Positions 45,298 through 57,269 of a stretch of DNA of 64,000 nt are shown here, piece by piece (positions within the stretch are counted from its first letter, which is position 1; each line of letters begins with the position of its first letter). The stretch comes from Eledone cirrhosa. Taxonomy: Eukaryota. A model generated the notes under the pieces. The model was given only the letters and a program-made list of their open reading frames with translations. It searched no databases and had not been told where the DNA came from. The DNA lies in contig OZ024742.1 of assembly GCA_964016885.1 (NCBI GenBank), positions 107,756,001 to 107,820,000 on the forward strand, in the 5' to 3' direction. A program made the position numbers and the translations under genes.

Positions 45298-45506
45298 TAT
45301 ATATATATACACATATATATATATATATTTATATATATTTATAGTTTCATATCTAAATCATCATGAAAGCAGATATGTATAATAGTTTTGCATATCTTGA
45401 AATACAACAAAGTGTTACTAAATCTATTGCAAACGCTAAATCATAATAACTGACTTAAATAAGATGGAAATTTGTCAATAATTTATAGATGGAAAATTGT
45501 TCTTAC

Positions 45507-46767
45507 CTACGGCCAACCAAACTGCAAACCGTAACCATGCAGTTTGTGGTAAGGATGTAATTAAATAAGCATTGAGTGTGAAAGATGCTAGTGGAACTAC
45601 TGGAACATATGGTGTAGTTGCGAGAAGATTGATTTTATTCTTAGGTTGGCGTGCTATCACCACCAGGCACGTTATCATCGTGAAAAGAGTCACAGCCAAT
45701 ATAATAATTGCCCACCACCTCTGGGCATATATATATTGACGACCATGGATTGTCAACACACATACCACTACAGATGATATAATATAGACGATCAATGAAA
45801 TGCTGAATTTTCGCCAAGACATTTCGCTAGGTTCACTGTATTCATTGGTAAATCGAAATAAACTTCCCAGGCTACTTCCGCTTACAATACTCGATATCCG
45901 TTGATACGTGCTGTGGTTGCTCCCACTGACGGATATCATAGGAGACCCGTCTTGTAATTCAGTGCAGATAACTGACTTAGATTTCTGCGTTGCAAATGTC
46001 TCTTTTGCTTCTACATTTTGTTGGTGAACATTGTTAATATACGTGTTCGAATCTCCCTGGGGTTTTGTAAATGAATCGATGCTTGAATAATAATGGGGAT
46101 CGTGTTTATTGATACGATAGTTTTTGTAAGTTCTATATCCGGTGTTATTAATAAAATCTGTAGACGCCATGCGCAATGTCCTAATGTCACTTATGTCTTC
46201 ATATTCTTTATACAATCCAACAACTTCCGAATCGTACCGTAGGCAAAGTACAGAAATGCTAACAACAGTATAGGCAGCTAGTGTTCCTATTGCCAGAGTA
46301 TCGATCAAGGTTTCGAGCTTGAAAATCATCGCTATCATTCCTGAGGTTAGGCCGCCCATGAAAACTGCTAAAGCTGGAGATTTCGTTATTTTACTTATAA
46401 ACGATAAACATTTGAATAATATATGATCATCTGCCATTGAATATATGATCCGTGATACTGAGTAAATACATCCGAGGAGAGCAGCAGATAGACCTAACAT
46501 GCCACCGATTCCTATAACATAGTTTGAACCAAATATCTGTCGCGCTTCGTAGGCTTTTGGTAAAGCGGCACGATCTTGTAATTGGTACCATGGATAAGCA
46601 AGTGTAATAGCCATGGCTACACCAAAATATAACACGAAACAAATGATGAGTGTTGTGACAATGCTAACTGGAACCACTCTGCTGGGGTCTTTACACTCTT
46701 CGCTAGTGGTAGCCACGGCGTCAAACCCAAGGAACGCTACAAATAATGTTGCTGCCCCAGCGAGAAT
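45507..46767 (-). CDS. SLC7 cationic amino-acid transporter (CAT/SLC7A14-like), large internal exon
   Basis: TTTCAG|ILAGAATLFVAFLGFDAVATTSEECKDPSR...SRIIYSMADD...IGTLAAYTVVSISVLCLRY...PYVPVVPLASFTLNAYLI...WLRFAVWLAV G|GTAAG. Confidence 0.96.
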
Positions 46768-46908
46768 CTGAAAAGAGACAATAAAAGAAAAATTGAAAGT
46801 AGAGTCTAGAAACGTAGTCCGAATAAATCAACCTTTTAAATAGATTAAATAATACAATAAACAAATAAATATATAAATATGAAACGATATGTCACTATGC
46901 AAGTACGT

Positions 46909-47180
46909 GTGAAGGCGCGTGGGTTAGTCGTTACGCGGTTCGGCTAATGATTGTAGGAGGAGTACGTTCGATTCTCATGATGCGTTGATCAATATATTTT
47001 ATCTCCTTTTGCCCCAGTCAACTAGGTTGTCAAAAATGAGTTCTACTCGAAGTTCAAAGGGCAAATTTAGTCACACTCCGCGCCACGCTGAATCTCTGTA
47101 ATAATTTCACGAACTGGCTGTTCTATTGATCCAAAAGCTGGACTGAACACTCGTCATTGGAACCAGCGGAGGTCCAACAC
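46909..47180 (+). mobile_element. tRNA-derived SINE (family 2), decayed
   Basis: GTGAAGGCGCGTGGGTTAGT head, GTTCGATT box, CACGCTGAATCTC body shared with 19300-19400 and 54905-54990. Confidence 0.6.
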
Positions 47181-47439
47181 ACGTGTAATCCTAGCTAGCT
47201 GGCTTACTTCATGACAATAATTACATGATAAGGATGAAACATTGGTTTACTTATACATAAATTTATGAGTAAGAAGATTACGATTATAAAATTTATGGAA
47301 TGATTTTTAAAGACGATAATTAGTATTTGATTAGACCGTTCTGTTGATTGAACAACTAGAACACTTGTCGTCGAGATCGACGAAGGTCCATTTCATTGCA
47401 ATTGATAAAAGTAGAATCTCCTGTCTAGAAATAAACTTT

Positions 47440-47567
47440 AAAATTGGTAACAGCACAACAAAACATAAATAATTAAATATATAAATAAACAAATAAACAT
47501 ACAAATAAACACATATACGCATAAATAAATAAATAAATACATACATACATATACATACATATATATG

Positions 47568-47637
<70 letters not shown>

Positions 47638-47766
47638 CATACATACATACATATATGTATGTATGTATTTGTTTATTTATTTATGTGTATATCTGTTTAT
47701 TTGTATGTTTATTTGTTTATTTATATATTTAATTATTTATGTTTTGTTGTGCTGTTACCAATTTAA
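47440..47766. repeat. AT-rich fold-back: ~115-bp inverted arms around a microsatellite
   Basis: AATTGGTAACAGCACAACAAAACATAAATAAT... / ...ATTATTTATGTTTTGTTGTGCTGTTACCAATT. Confidence 0.85.
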
Positions 47767-48398
47767 TATATATATATATAAACTGATCATTTTTCAAATT
47801 TATTGTCTACTATTTCTATGACTAAGTGAGAATTATTATCTCATCAAATCTGTCAGTAACAGAGATTATACGAGTTAATTAAAAAAAATTAAAGTATTTT
47901 CTTATTCCCCTCATTAGTATTATGGCTAGTTTATTGTTATATGGCCGTTTGTCAGTTATGTTAAGTTTTTCCTTATAATATATGATTGTATGTTTGTTTG
48001 TATAAACATTTTATATCAGATACACACATGCAACTGAAGTAATTTCAAGTGTATTATATTATTTGTCTGGCATATGACAACAGAATAATATATTACATTC
48101 AGAATTTCAAACGTAGGGGCACTACAGACATTTTGGCAACGTTACAAGCCAAAATAGAATGTTATGAGTTCAAATGTCAGGAATACATACTTGGCATTTT
48201 AGCATTGCCGATTCAATAGACAACAAACCAAGGCTTATTGTTATGCGTGTCTTCTTTCAAGGGACTAAGCCTCATTTCACAATTGCCAATATCTATATTT
48301 AGAAGTTACAGACCAATTAAAAACGCTAGGTGTACTTTATATATATATATATATGTAATTATATTTTTAAAAAATAGAGGTGTGACACACGAGTTGTG

Positions 48399-49088
48399 AT
48401 ATATTAGTAAAAAGGAAAAGAAAATGCTGACAATTTTTTCCCAGTGAAAAATAGTTTAATTAGGAATAAGTATGAATTAGTAATAAGTATTAGTTAGTAT
48501 TCAGTTTTAGTTTTAAGTTTGTACCGGTTGCGCATTTCTTATGCTTTTCAAAAATAATTTTGAGATAGAGTGCTCGTGAATTTTGCTTTAATCTGATCAG
48601 TTTTGGAAATTCTTCCTGTTTTATGTGAAAAAAGTGGCTTGGGAGGTATTAAGATTTGGTTGGTTGTTGAATGTCACGTGAATAAGCACTATAAATTTCG
48701 CGCCAATTCGTGTTGCAAAAATTCTTGTAGTCAAAACAATTTTGATTGGTCGGTAGAAGTTACGTGAATGTTTAAATTGATTTTAGCGCGAACTGGTTTC
48801 GCGCCAAATGTAGGTTTGTCGAAGAGTGTCCTTTTCCGCTTGATTGAGTTGCAGTCATGTTGAGAGGTCAACAGTTCAGGTGTCTATTAAGACAAATATT
48901 AGTGTGTGTGTGTTGCAAAGTGGTTCATTGTTGTGATAATGGAAATGAATCGGTCAGTAGGAATGTATGTGTACGTGTGTGTGTTTGTGTGAGGTTTATT
49001 TTAACATGTTGAAACATATTTTCAGCTCTTGTCTTATACGGTGTGTGTGTGTGTGTGTCTGTCTGTATGTTAGTGTTCGCGTGTGTGT

Positions 49089-49123
<35 letters not shown>

Positions 49124-51303
49124 GATGGACCAGTATTTTTGTGGTACTGGTATTTTTGGCGTACATTATTCGATTTTTTCAGTCATTTGCAAAAATGATT
49201 CTCTCAATAGAACATCAATTATATCAATAATAAAAGAGGTGAAATGATGTATAGTATTGTCATAACAACAAGGCGTGTGTGAGCCCAGATTGTACGTACT
49301 GAAAGGGGAATCCATTAGGCCCTGCCGTATGGGATACTTGTGTGTAAATATGTATGCACCCATCAATGTGCAATACATGCGTGCGTATGTGTATGTGTGC
49401 GTGTCGGCACGTGTATATCTATAAACATCAAAAGGTATGCGAATCTGTGTATATTTGTGTTGCACCATAGAACATGTGTGTTTACGTATGTCATTGTGTT
49501 TATATGTGGATAGAAATGTATGTAGGATGTATGCTGATGTAGGTATGTATGTCAACGTGTGTATGTCGTGGGTTCGTCTTAGGAAGAAGTGTTTAGACGG
49601 GGTCGGTATTTGTTAATACAGGGATGTTCTGGAGGATGGTGTCAAAGACCTCATTGTTGAGGGGGTTGTATGTGGAGATGTATGGAAGAGCTTTTAGTTT
49701 CGGTGGATTCCATTATCAATTACTGATGCAGGGTAGTCCTGCTTATGAGTGTGTCCTTTAGTTCTTGTAGACGTAAGTAACAGGTATTTTTATTGGAAAC
49801 TATAGTACAAATTCTCTTGGCTAAGTTGTAGGGAATATTAATTTTAACGTGTCTAGGGTGGCAAGAATTGAAAGGAAGATATTGCTTGGAGTCTGTGGGC
49901 TTGTAGTATATGTCTGTTTCTATTTTTTTGTTATGAATCTTAATGAGGATGTCGATGAAGGGGTGTTACTGATAGATGTATTCCATTGTAAAATTAATAT
50001 TCGTGTTGAGCCCATTTATAAGGGTGTGAAATTCTTTAAGTTTCTCGATGTTTTCGTGCCAAAGGATGAAGCAGTCATCTAGATATCTCTTCCAGTTCTT
50101 TTCTATATGTAAGTGGAGAGTGTTTCCAAATTTGTTTAGTACTTTAGTGTAGAGGGTGATTGTCAGATATATCATGACTAGGTTGGCATAAGTGGTGGCC
50201 GTTTTCGTTCCCCAAAGTTAATCAACCGAAACTAAAAGCTCTTCCATACATCTCCACACACAACCCCCTCAACAATGATGCCTTTGACACCATCCCCCAG
50301 AACATCCTTGTATTAAAAAAATACCATATAATGAACCAAATCCTTCGAACACACGATATCATAAAGAGCAAAAGACAATCTAAGTCAATGAAAAACATCC
50401 TATCACATGCCAAAGTACTGCCAACGACAACAACGAAACCCACAGTAAAAAATTGCGATAGACCCTACTGTGGTATATGCAGCAACCTAGATGGTTCGGA
50501 ATTCTATTTCTAACAAGGACAACGTTTTATAGTAAAACACAATTTCACATGCGCATCAGAAAATCTTATATATGTATTAACTTGCTCAGGTTGTCGAGAA
50601 CAATACATAGGCCAGACTAAAAACAGCCCCCGCCAACGCATGATTGTCCACAGATCCCAAATCAAAATACGGGAATACAGAAAAATAGCACTGAGTGAAC
50701 TCATTGATACCTGTTCCGCTCCAAATCATCTCAACTTTAGAATCTTTCCCCTCTACAAATTTAAAGATAATGCCACCCACAACCAGCTCATCAGCAAGGA
50801 ATCTCACTTTATTACCAAATACGGACCTCGTCTAAACACTTCTTCCTAAGACGAACCCACGACATACACACGTTGACATACATACCTACATCAGCATACA
50901 TCCTACATACATTTCTATCCACATATAAACACAATGACATACGTAAACACACATGTTCTATAGTGCAACACAAATATACACAGATTCGCATACCTTTTGA
51001 TGTTTATAGATATACACGTGCCGACACGCACACATACACATACGTATACATGTATTGCACATTGATGGGTGCATACATATTTGTACACAAGTATCCTATA
51101 CGGCAGGGCATAATGGATTCCCCTTGCAGTACGTACAATCTGGACTCACACACGCCTTGTTGTTATGACAATACTATACATCATTTCACCTCTTTTATTA
51201 TTGATATAATTGATGTTCTTTTGAGAGAATCGTTTTTGCAAATGACTGAAAATATCGAATAATGTACGACATTTTCAAAAGTACCACAAAAATACTGGTC
51301 CAT

Positions 51304-51340
<37 letters not shown>

Positions 51341-51519
51341 TGCACACGCGAACACTAACATACATACAGACAGACGCAAACACACACACACACTTCTCCC
51401 TATAAGACAAGAGCTGAAAAATATGTTTCAACATGTTAAAATAACCCCCCCCCCACACACGTACACACACATTCCTACTGACCGATTCATTTCCATTATC
51501 ACAACAATGAACCACTTTG

Positions 51520-51576
<57 letters not shown>

Positions 51577-52074
51577 TATTTGTCTTAATAGACACCTGAA
51601 CTGTTGACCTCTCAACATGACTGCAACTCAATCAAGCGGAAAAGGACACTCTTCGACAAACCTACATTTGGCGCGAAACCAGTTCGCTCTAAAATCAATT
51701 TAAACATTCACGTGACTTCTACCGACCAATCAAAATTGTTTTGACTACAAGAATTTTTGCAACACGAATTGGCGCAAAATTTATAGTGCTTATTCACGTG
51801 ACATTCAACAACCAACCAAATCTTAATACCTCCCAAGCCACTTTTTTCACATAAAACAGGAAGACTTTCCCAAACTGATCAGATTAGAGCAAACATCACG
51901 AGCTCTCTATCTCAAAATTATTTTCGAAAAGCATGAGAAATGTGCAACCAGTACAAACTTAAAACTAAAACTGAATACTAACTAATACTTATTACTAATT
52001 CATACTTATTCCTAATTAAACTATTTTTCACTGGGAAAAATTTGTCAGAATTTTCTTTTCCTTTTTACTAATAT
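48399..52074. mobile_element. Head-to-head inverted pair of a second Penelope-like family, forming ~1.2-kb inverted arms
   Basis: 48399-49617 mirrors 50811-52074 and 49613-49708 mirrors 50221-50320. RT piece KRYLDDCFILW (minus); CDRPYCGIC, NLIYVLTCSGC..QYIGQT (GIY-YIG, plus). Confidence 0.9.
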
Positions 52075-52228
52075 ATATATATATATAACCAAAGATTGGT
52101 ATGGTTCGTTGATTACTCAACGAATACAATTTTACAATAGATTAGAAGCACTCAACAGTGTGTTTTCCTGGAGTTTTTAATATTATTCAAAATGTTAACG
52201 AATGAAAAATATTCTCGTAATCAAAATA

Positions 52229-52298
52229 TATACTTTATTATATATATTTCAAGGATACTGTGTTGTTTTGTCAGTACGTCCTCATCAGACAAAATATA
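52229..52298 (-). ncRNA. Type I hammerhead motif, left member of a divergent pair
   Basis: UAUAUUUUGU-CUGAUGA-GGACGUACUG..CAGUAUCCUU-GAAA-UAUAUA-UA|AUAAAGUAUA. Confidence 0.68.
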
Positions 52299-52331
52299 CT
52301 GCCATTACTGGAATTGTCATATATCAAATCA

Positions 52332-52401
52332 TATATTTTGTCTGATGAGGACGTACTGAAAAAACAACACAGTACCTTTGAAATATATATAATAAAGTAT
52401 A
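52332..52401 (+). ncRNA. Type I hammerhead motif, right member of a divergent pair
   Basis: UAUAUUUUGU-CUGAUGA-GGACGUACUG..CAGUACCUUU-GAAA-UAUAUA-UA|AUAAAGUAUA; 10-bp stem I (2 GU); predicted cleavage after 52391. Confidence 0.72.
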
Positions 52402-52754
52402 TTTTGAATAATATATATATATATATTTATATATATATATATATATATATAAATGGAAAAAATGAAACGAAATTTCATTTCCCACTCTTAGTACGGCTGT
52501 TACTTTAATATAAGTATGTATACGTACATACATATATGTATACAGACGTAGTAGTATGTATATATATACATACATGCACACATATATATATGCACGTATG
52601 GATTTACCGAACATTTATTACCGAACATTTATTCCTTTGCTAGTGTTGAACAAAAGGGCAACGATGGTTGCTAAACACTGTACAGCTTAATTCGGGATGT
52701 TTGTTTGTTTACAAACAAACCGAGCATTATAATAAATGTTCGGTAAATCCATAC

Positions 52755-52837
<83 letters not shown>

Positions 52838-52935
52838 CATGTATATATATACATACTACTACGTCTGTATACATATATGTATGTACGTATACATACTTAT
52901 ATATATATATATATATATATATATGAGTGTGTGTG

Positions 52936-53020
<85 letters not shown>

Positions 53021-53083
53021 ACTGGGTTCAATCGGAGGTGACAACAGTAAGTAAGGTACTCAATGCATTAGCAGAGAGAAAAC

Positions 53084-53204
53084 ATCAAGTTTAAAATAGA
53101 AATGGCTTCCACAGGACTAGAACTGTTACATTCAAAAGAAATCACCATTCTTTTGAATGAAACAGTTCTAGACTTGTAGAAACTATTTCTATATTAAACT
53201 TGAT
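53084..53204. repeat. ~120-bp imperfect palindrome centred on a hairpin followed by TGAAAC
   Basis: TTCAAAAGAA atcacca TTCTTTTGAA core; related one-armed copy at 44450-44570. Confidence 0.8.
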
Positions 53205-53235
53205 ATATATATATATATGTGTATATATATATATT

Positions 53236-53768
53236 GGATTTCGTATTTCTGAAGAAATACGGTATGTTTATAAATAAACATTTAGAAAGCCGTATCTATG
53301 CAAAAACACCGCTGGCTATCTCCACCTGGCGGTGCCCAGCAAAGCAAGGGGGACAATCGTCGATGCATTTCGAACTGAACTTGTTCTCACAAGGACGACC
53401 CCTCCCGCTCTTGCAACTGGTGGACCTGAAAACAGGCGAGGTTATATAGTTTTCTCGTCTGTATAAATTAGGTGATTAATTTCATTTACATATGAAGCTG
53501 TATAAGTTAAGATACTTATAATTAATCACCTCATTTACACAGACGAGAAAACTATATATTCTCGCCCGTTTTCAAGTCCAGCAGTTGCAGGAGCGGGCGG
53601 GACCGTCCTGATGAGAACCAGTTCAGTTCGTAATGCATCGACCATTGTCCAGCTTGCTTCTGCTGGACACCGCCAGGTGGAGATAACCACCGGTGTTTTT
53701 GCATAGATACAGCTTTCTAAATGTTTATTTATAAACATACCGTATTTCTTTAGAAATACGAAATTCCA
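53236..53768. mobile_element. ~530-bp fold-back MITE
   Basis: Arms mirror over ~240 bp (TTTCGTATTTCT...CTATGCAAAAACACC...CTCCACCTGGCGGTG). Confidence 0.85.
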
Positions 53769-53808
53769 ACAGATATTTGTATACAGCTATGCTCGAAGTT
53801 AAATTCTA

Positions 53809-53855
<47 letters not shown>

Positions 53856-53865
53856 TGCACACACA

Positions 53866-53973
<108 letters not shown>

Positions 53974-54904
53974 CGGCTACTGTTGGAATAGTGAGGCGTT
54001 GTGGCATCTTCCAGTCTCTAACCTCCAGCCGTCACAGGATGCATAACATAATATTAACTGAAGATTTGAATAAAGGAAACATGTGTAATATCGAATTTCA
54101 CATAGACAGCATCGTGTATTAATTCTAATGTAAAGTAATCTGGTTCTCTTCTTTGTCTCCTTTCCTACACACACGCACTCAAACTCAGGGAAACACACAC
54201 ACACACTCAAGTAAGCACACACATACACAGCATAGACACTCATGAAATGAAACCATACAAACACATACACACACACACATATATCTGCATAAATATATAT
54301 ATGCATCTAGTTGTGTATGTGTGTATGCTTTTGTGTGCATATGTGTATGTATTTTTTCATGATGTGCGTGTCAGTTTGCGCATGAACTACCTGTATAGAT
54401 AAGGAAACCATCCAGTGTCTATAAAATTGTAAAACTCGATACTAAACAATTCCAGCCTATGGCTGACAAAACCGTGAGAGAGATAAACATGGAAGCCATA
54501 TTCTAAATAGCAGAGGAGAAATGTTATTCAAATATAAGGATTAATTCCCAACATTATGTTAATAGAAGTGGAAATATATGTATATGTTTTATTATATATG
54601 TTGCAATATGTCTTATCAGTGAATGAAAATACTAAGCTAGCGTTTTAACTTTCAGATAAATTTCTATAGCATTCCATAACATAAATAGATATATATGTAG
54701 ATGATGCTTTGTGAGAAATGTAAGTGTACAGAAGCGATTGTCAGATGGAATATAGAAATATAGTTGTTTCTTACTGATTGAAGAATGTAGGATAATGTTC
54801 TTTATACAACATATGTTTCTTCTTTTATTCTATTTCTCCTTATCCTCCCCCTCCCACTCTCCTCCTTTCTTCTTTATTTTCATCAAATTAATAGACATTT
54901 CACA

Positions 54905-55131
54905 GAGATATGTACCATTAACGTATTTCTCAGGGAGATTCAGCACGACACTGTGTGACAAAACGGGCTCTTTGAAGTACAGGTACAATTGTTTTTTTTT
55001 CTCCCTGATCGGACTGGAACAATGTTAAATTAAGTATCTTGCTCAAGGACACAACGCACCGACAGGAATCGAACCAACGACCTTACGATTGGTAACTGAA
55101 CACCAGCACCCCTAACCACTAAGTTACGCGT
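54905..55131 (-). mobile_element. tRNA-derived SINE (family 2)
   Basis: Minus strand TAGTGGTTAG...GGTTCGATTCC...GTGTCCTTGAGCAAGATACTT. Confidence 0.7.
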
Positions 55132-55243
55132 CATAATATTTTTAGTATATATTTCAAGAAGACCAACTCTCACGCTATGTAGGTGCCAACATCAGTTTAA
55201 GAATAAAGGCGTATATAAAAGCATATAAAATAGAATCACTTAC

Positions 55244-55381
55244 TCCAGTTGCTCCTTCTGGGAAGAATCCGGGATGTGCTGTCCAGTTTTGACTGTTAAC
55301 GTGGAAAAATCCAACACAAATGATGCAAGCCACCACAACTACATTGAGCAGACTACACACACAGCTAATAACAGATGTAAC
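55244..55381 (-). CDS. SLC7 cationic amino-acid transporter internal exon (138 bp, phase 0/0)
   Basis: TTGCAG|VTSVISCVCSLLNVVVVACIICVGFFHVNSQNWTAHPGFFPEGATG|GTAAGT. NW..GFFP.G is the CAT motif preceding ILAGAA in the next exon. Confidence 0.93.
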
Positions 55382-56257
55382 CTGCAATAGAGAACATAGT
55401 TAACAAGTGTTATAATATACAGTTGGACATGTGATACCGAATCTAATTTGTTCCAGAACTTCATTCGTTACCACATCAATAAAAATGTATGTATTTAAGG
55501 ACAATTCGTAGCAAAACCCCGATCAAAACTAAAGGTTTACACCCCCAAGAGGCGTAGAAGTGGCAGAGTTGTTAGAGCATCGGATTAAATTCCTCGATAT
55601 TTGTTCTGGTAAACTGCGCTCTGAGTTCAAATCTCGCGATGAACAACTTTGCCTTCTTTGGAAGAAATTAGCTGAACAACTTTGCCTTTTACATTTTCAT
55701 TGTTGCTAAAATACCACTTCAAGACTGGAGTCGGCTTTTCCTTTCTCTCTCTCCCTTTCTTGTGCTCTCTCTTTCTTTCTTTTGATCTCTCTCTCGCTCT
55801 CTCTCTCTCTTCCTTTTGTTCTCTCTCTCTTTCTCTTTCTCTCTGTCTGGTTGTCTCCTCTGGAAGCAATCTGCTGTGTTCCGACATAGAGAGAGATTGG
55901 CTCGATCAAGTTTAAAATGCCAAGACATGGTGTGTGTCAGGACGGCGCCCCTCCCCTACATCTCCACCAGGAGTTAAGTGTTATGCTTCCTTTCCTATCC
56001 TACATCTTAAAGATCCTAAAGATCCCATTGAAAATTAATAAACCACAAATTATCAATAAAAATATGAATTCATATATACTTATAATAAAAACACTATAAC
56101 TGTTGCACAAGTAAATAATTTGCAAACATATAAACAGAAAGAAAAAGAAAATCGTTATTTTTGCATGAACATCGTTCGTTGACAAGATTATATTAGTTAC
56201 AAAATCATTGAAAAACATTCGTTACCCGGATGGTTCACTGTTCATCTATATGCAGAT

Positions 56258-56800
56258 TACAGCAAGTCCCCACCTTACGAACATCCTACTTACGAACTTA
56301 TTATATAAATACGAACAGTCTCACGAAGAAAATAAAATTTGACTATGTTTGAGATTCACATTTTTGTGCGCTCTTTCGGGCCCTGGGTTCCTTCGTTTGC
56401 AGTATAAAACCATGCTGCAATCGTACCTACGCTATGGGATACAATTCTGTTTTAGTAGAATTGAAAAAGTACATATTTTCTTTAACAATTTATTGTCATT
56501 AAGCTTTACAGTATTTAAATTCATTATTACATGTTATATATACCTCAATATACTGCATTGGTCCTTCTACCTGGAGTTGCGACCGACAGATAGCATTAGC
56601 AATTGGAAAGACCAACGAAAACATTGTTTCCTCGGTCCGTTTTGACGAAAGTCGATCGACAAATATATATATATCACTCAAATGGAAACCTGCAGAATTA
56701 ATGTAACATATCTGAGCTTACTGGTACGTACTGTGTTAGACGATCAACTTACGAACAAATCAACTAACGTATTCTTTCGTAAGTTGGGGGACTAACTGTA
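56258..56800. mobile_element. Pogo/Tigger-type MITE with a SINE-related fragment inside
   Basis: TACAG.AAGTCCCCACCTTACGAA / TTCGTAAGTTGGGGGACTAACTGTA termini with internal CTTACGAAC repeats. Confidence 0.75.
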
Positions 56801-57269
56801 CATACAGTGTTCATGTCAGTATTGTATTTTAAAATAAAATTTACTTATATGAGCAATTATGAATTATATTTTTTGTTTATCATCATTTTGGTGGCAATGA
56901 TATATTTAATATTTCTTTTATTCCGATCTCACTAAACTATTTTACGATGTAAATACTTTTGTAAGAAAGAATATTAGTCAGATTTTATTTCTTTTCGATA
57001 TTTATGAAAAAAGATTATAGTAAAATCGGAATAATATATCTATGTATGTATGTATGTTCTTCTGGTTTTATAATTTCACCATTTTTTCCCAATAGAGAGA
57101 GAGTCGGATTTTAACATAGACACAAGACTCTCATTGGAATTTACACAATATAAACTAGGTAGATTATGCATGCATGTGTAGATATGGATGTTATTGTACG
57201 TGTGGATGTGTATGTTTTGAGTTGTATGTGTGCATGTGTATATGCTTTGTATCTGTACATGTGTATATG

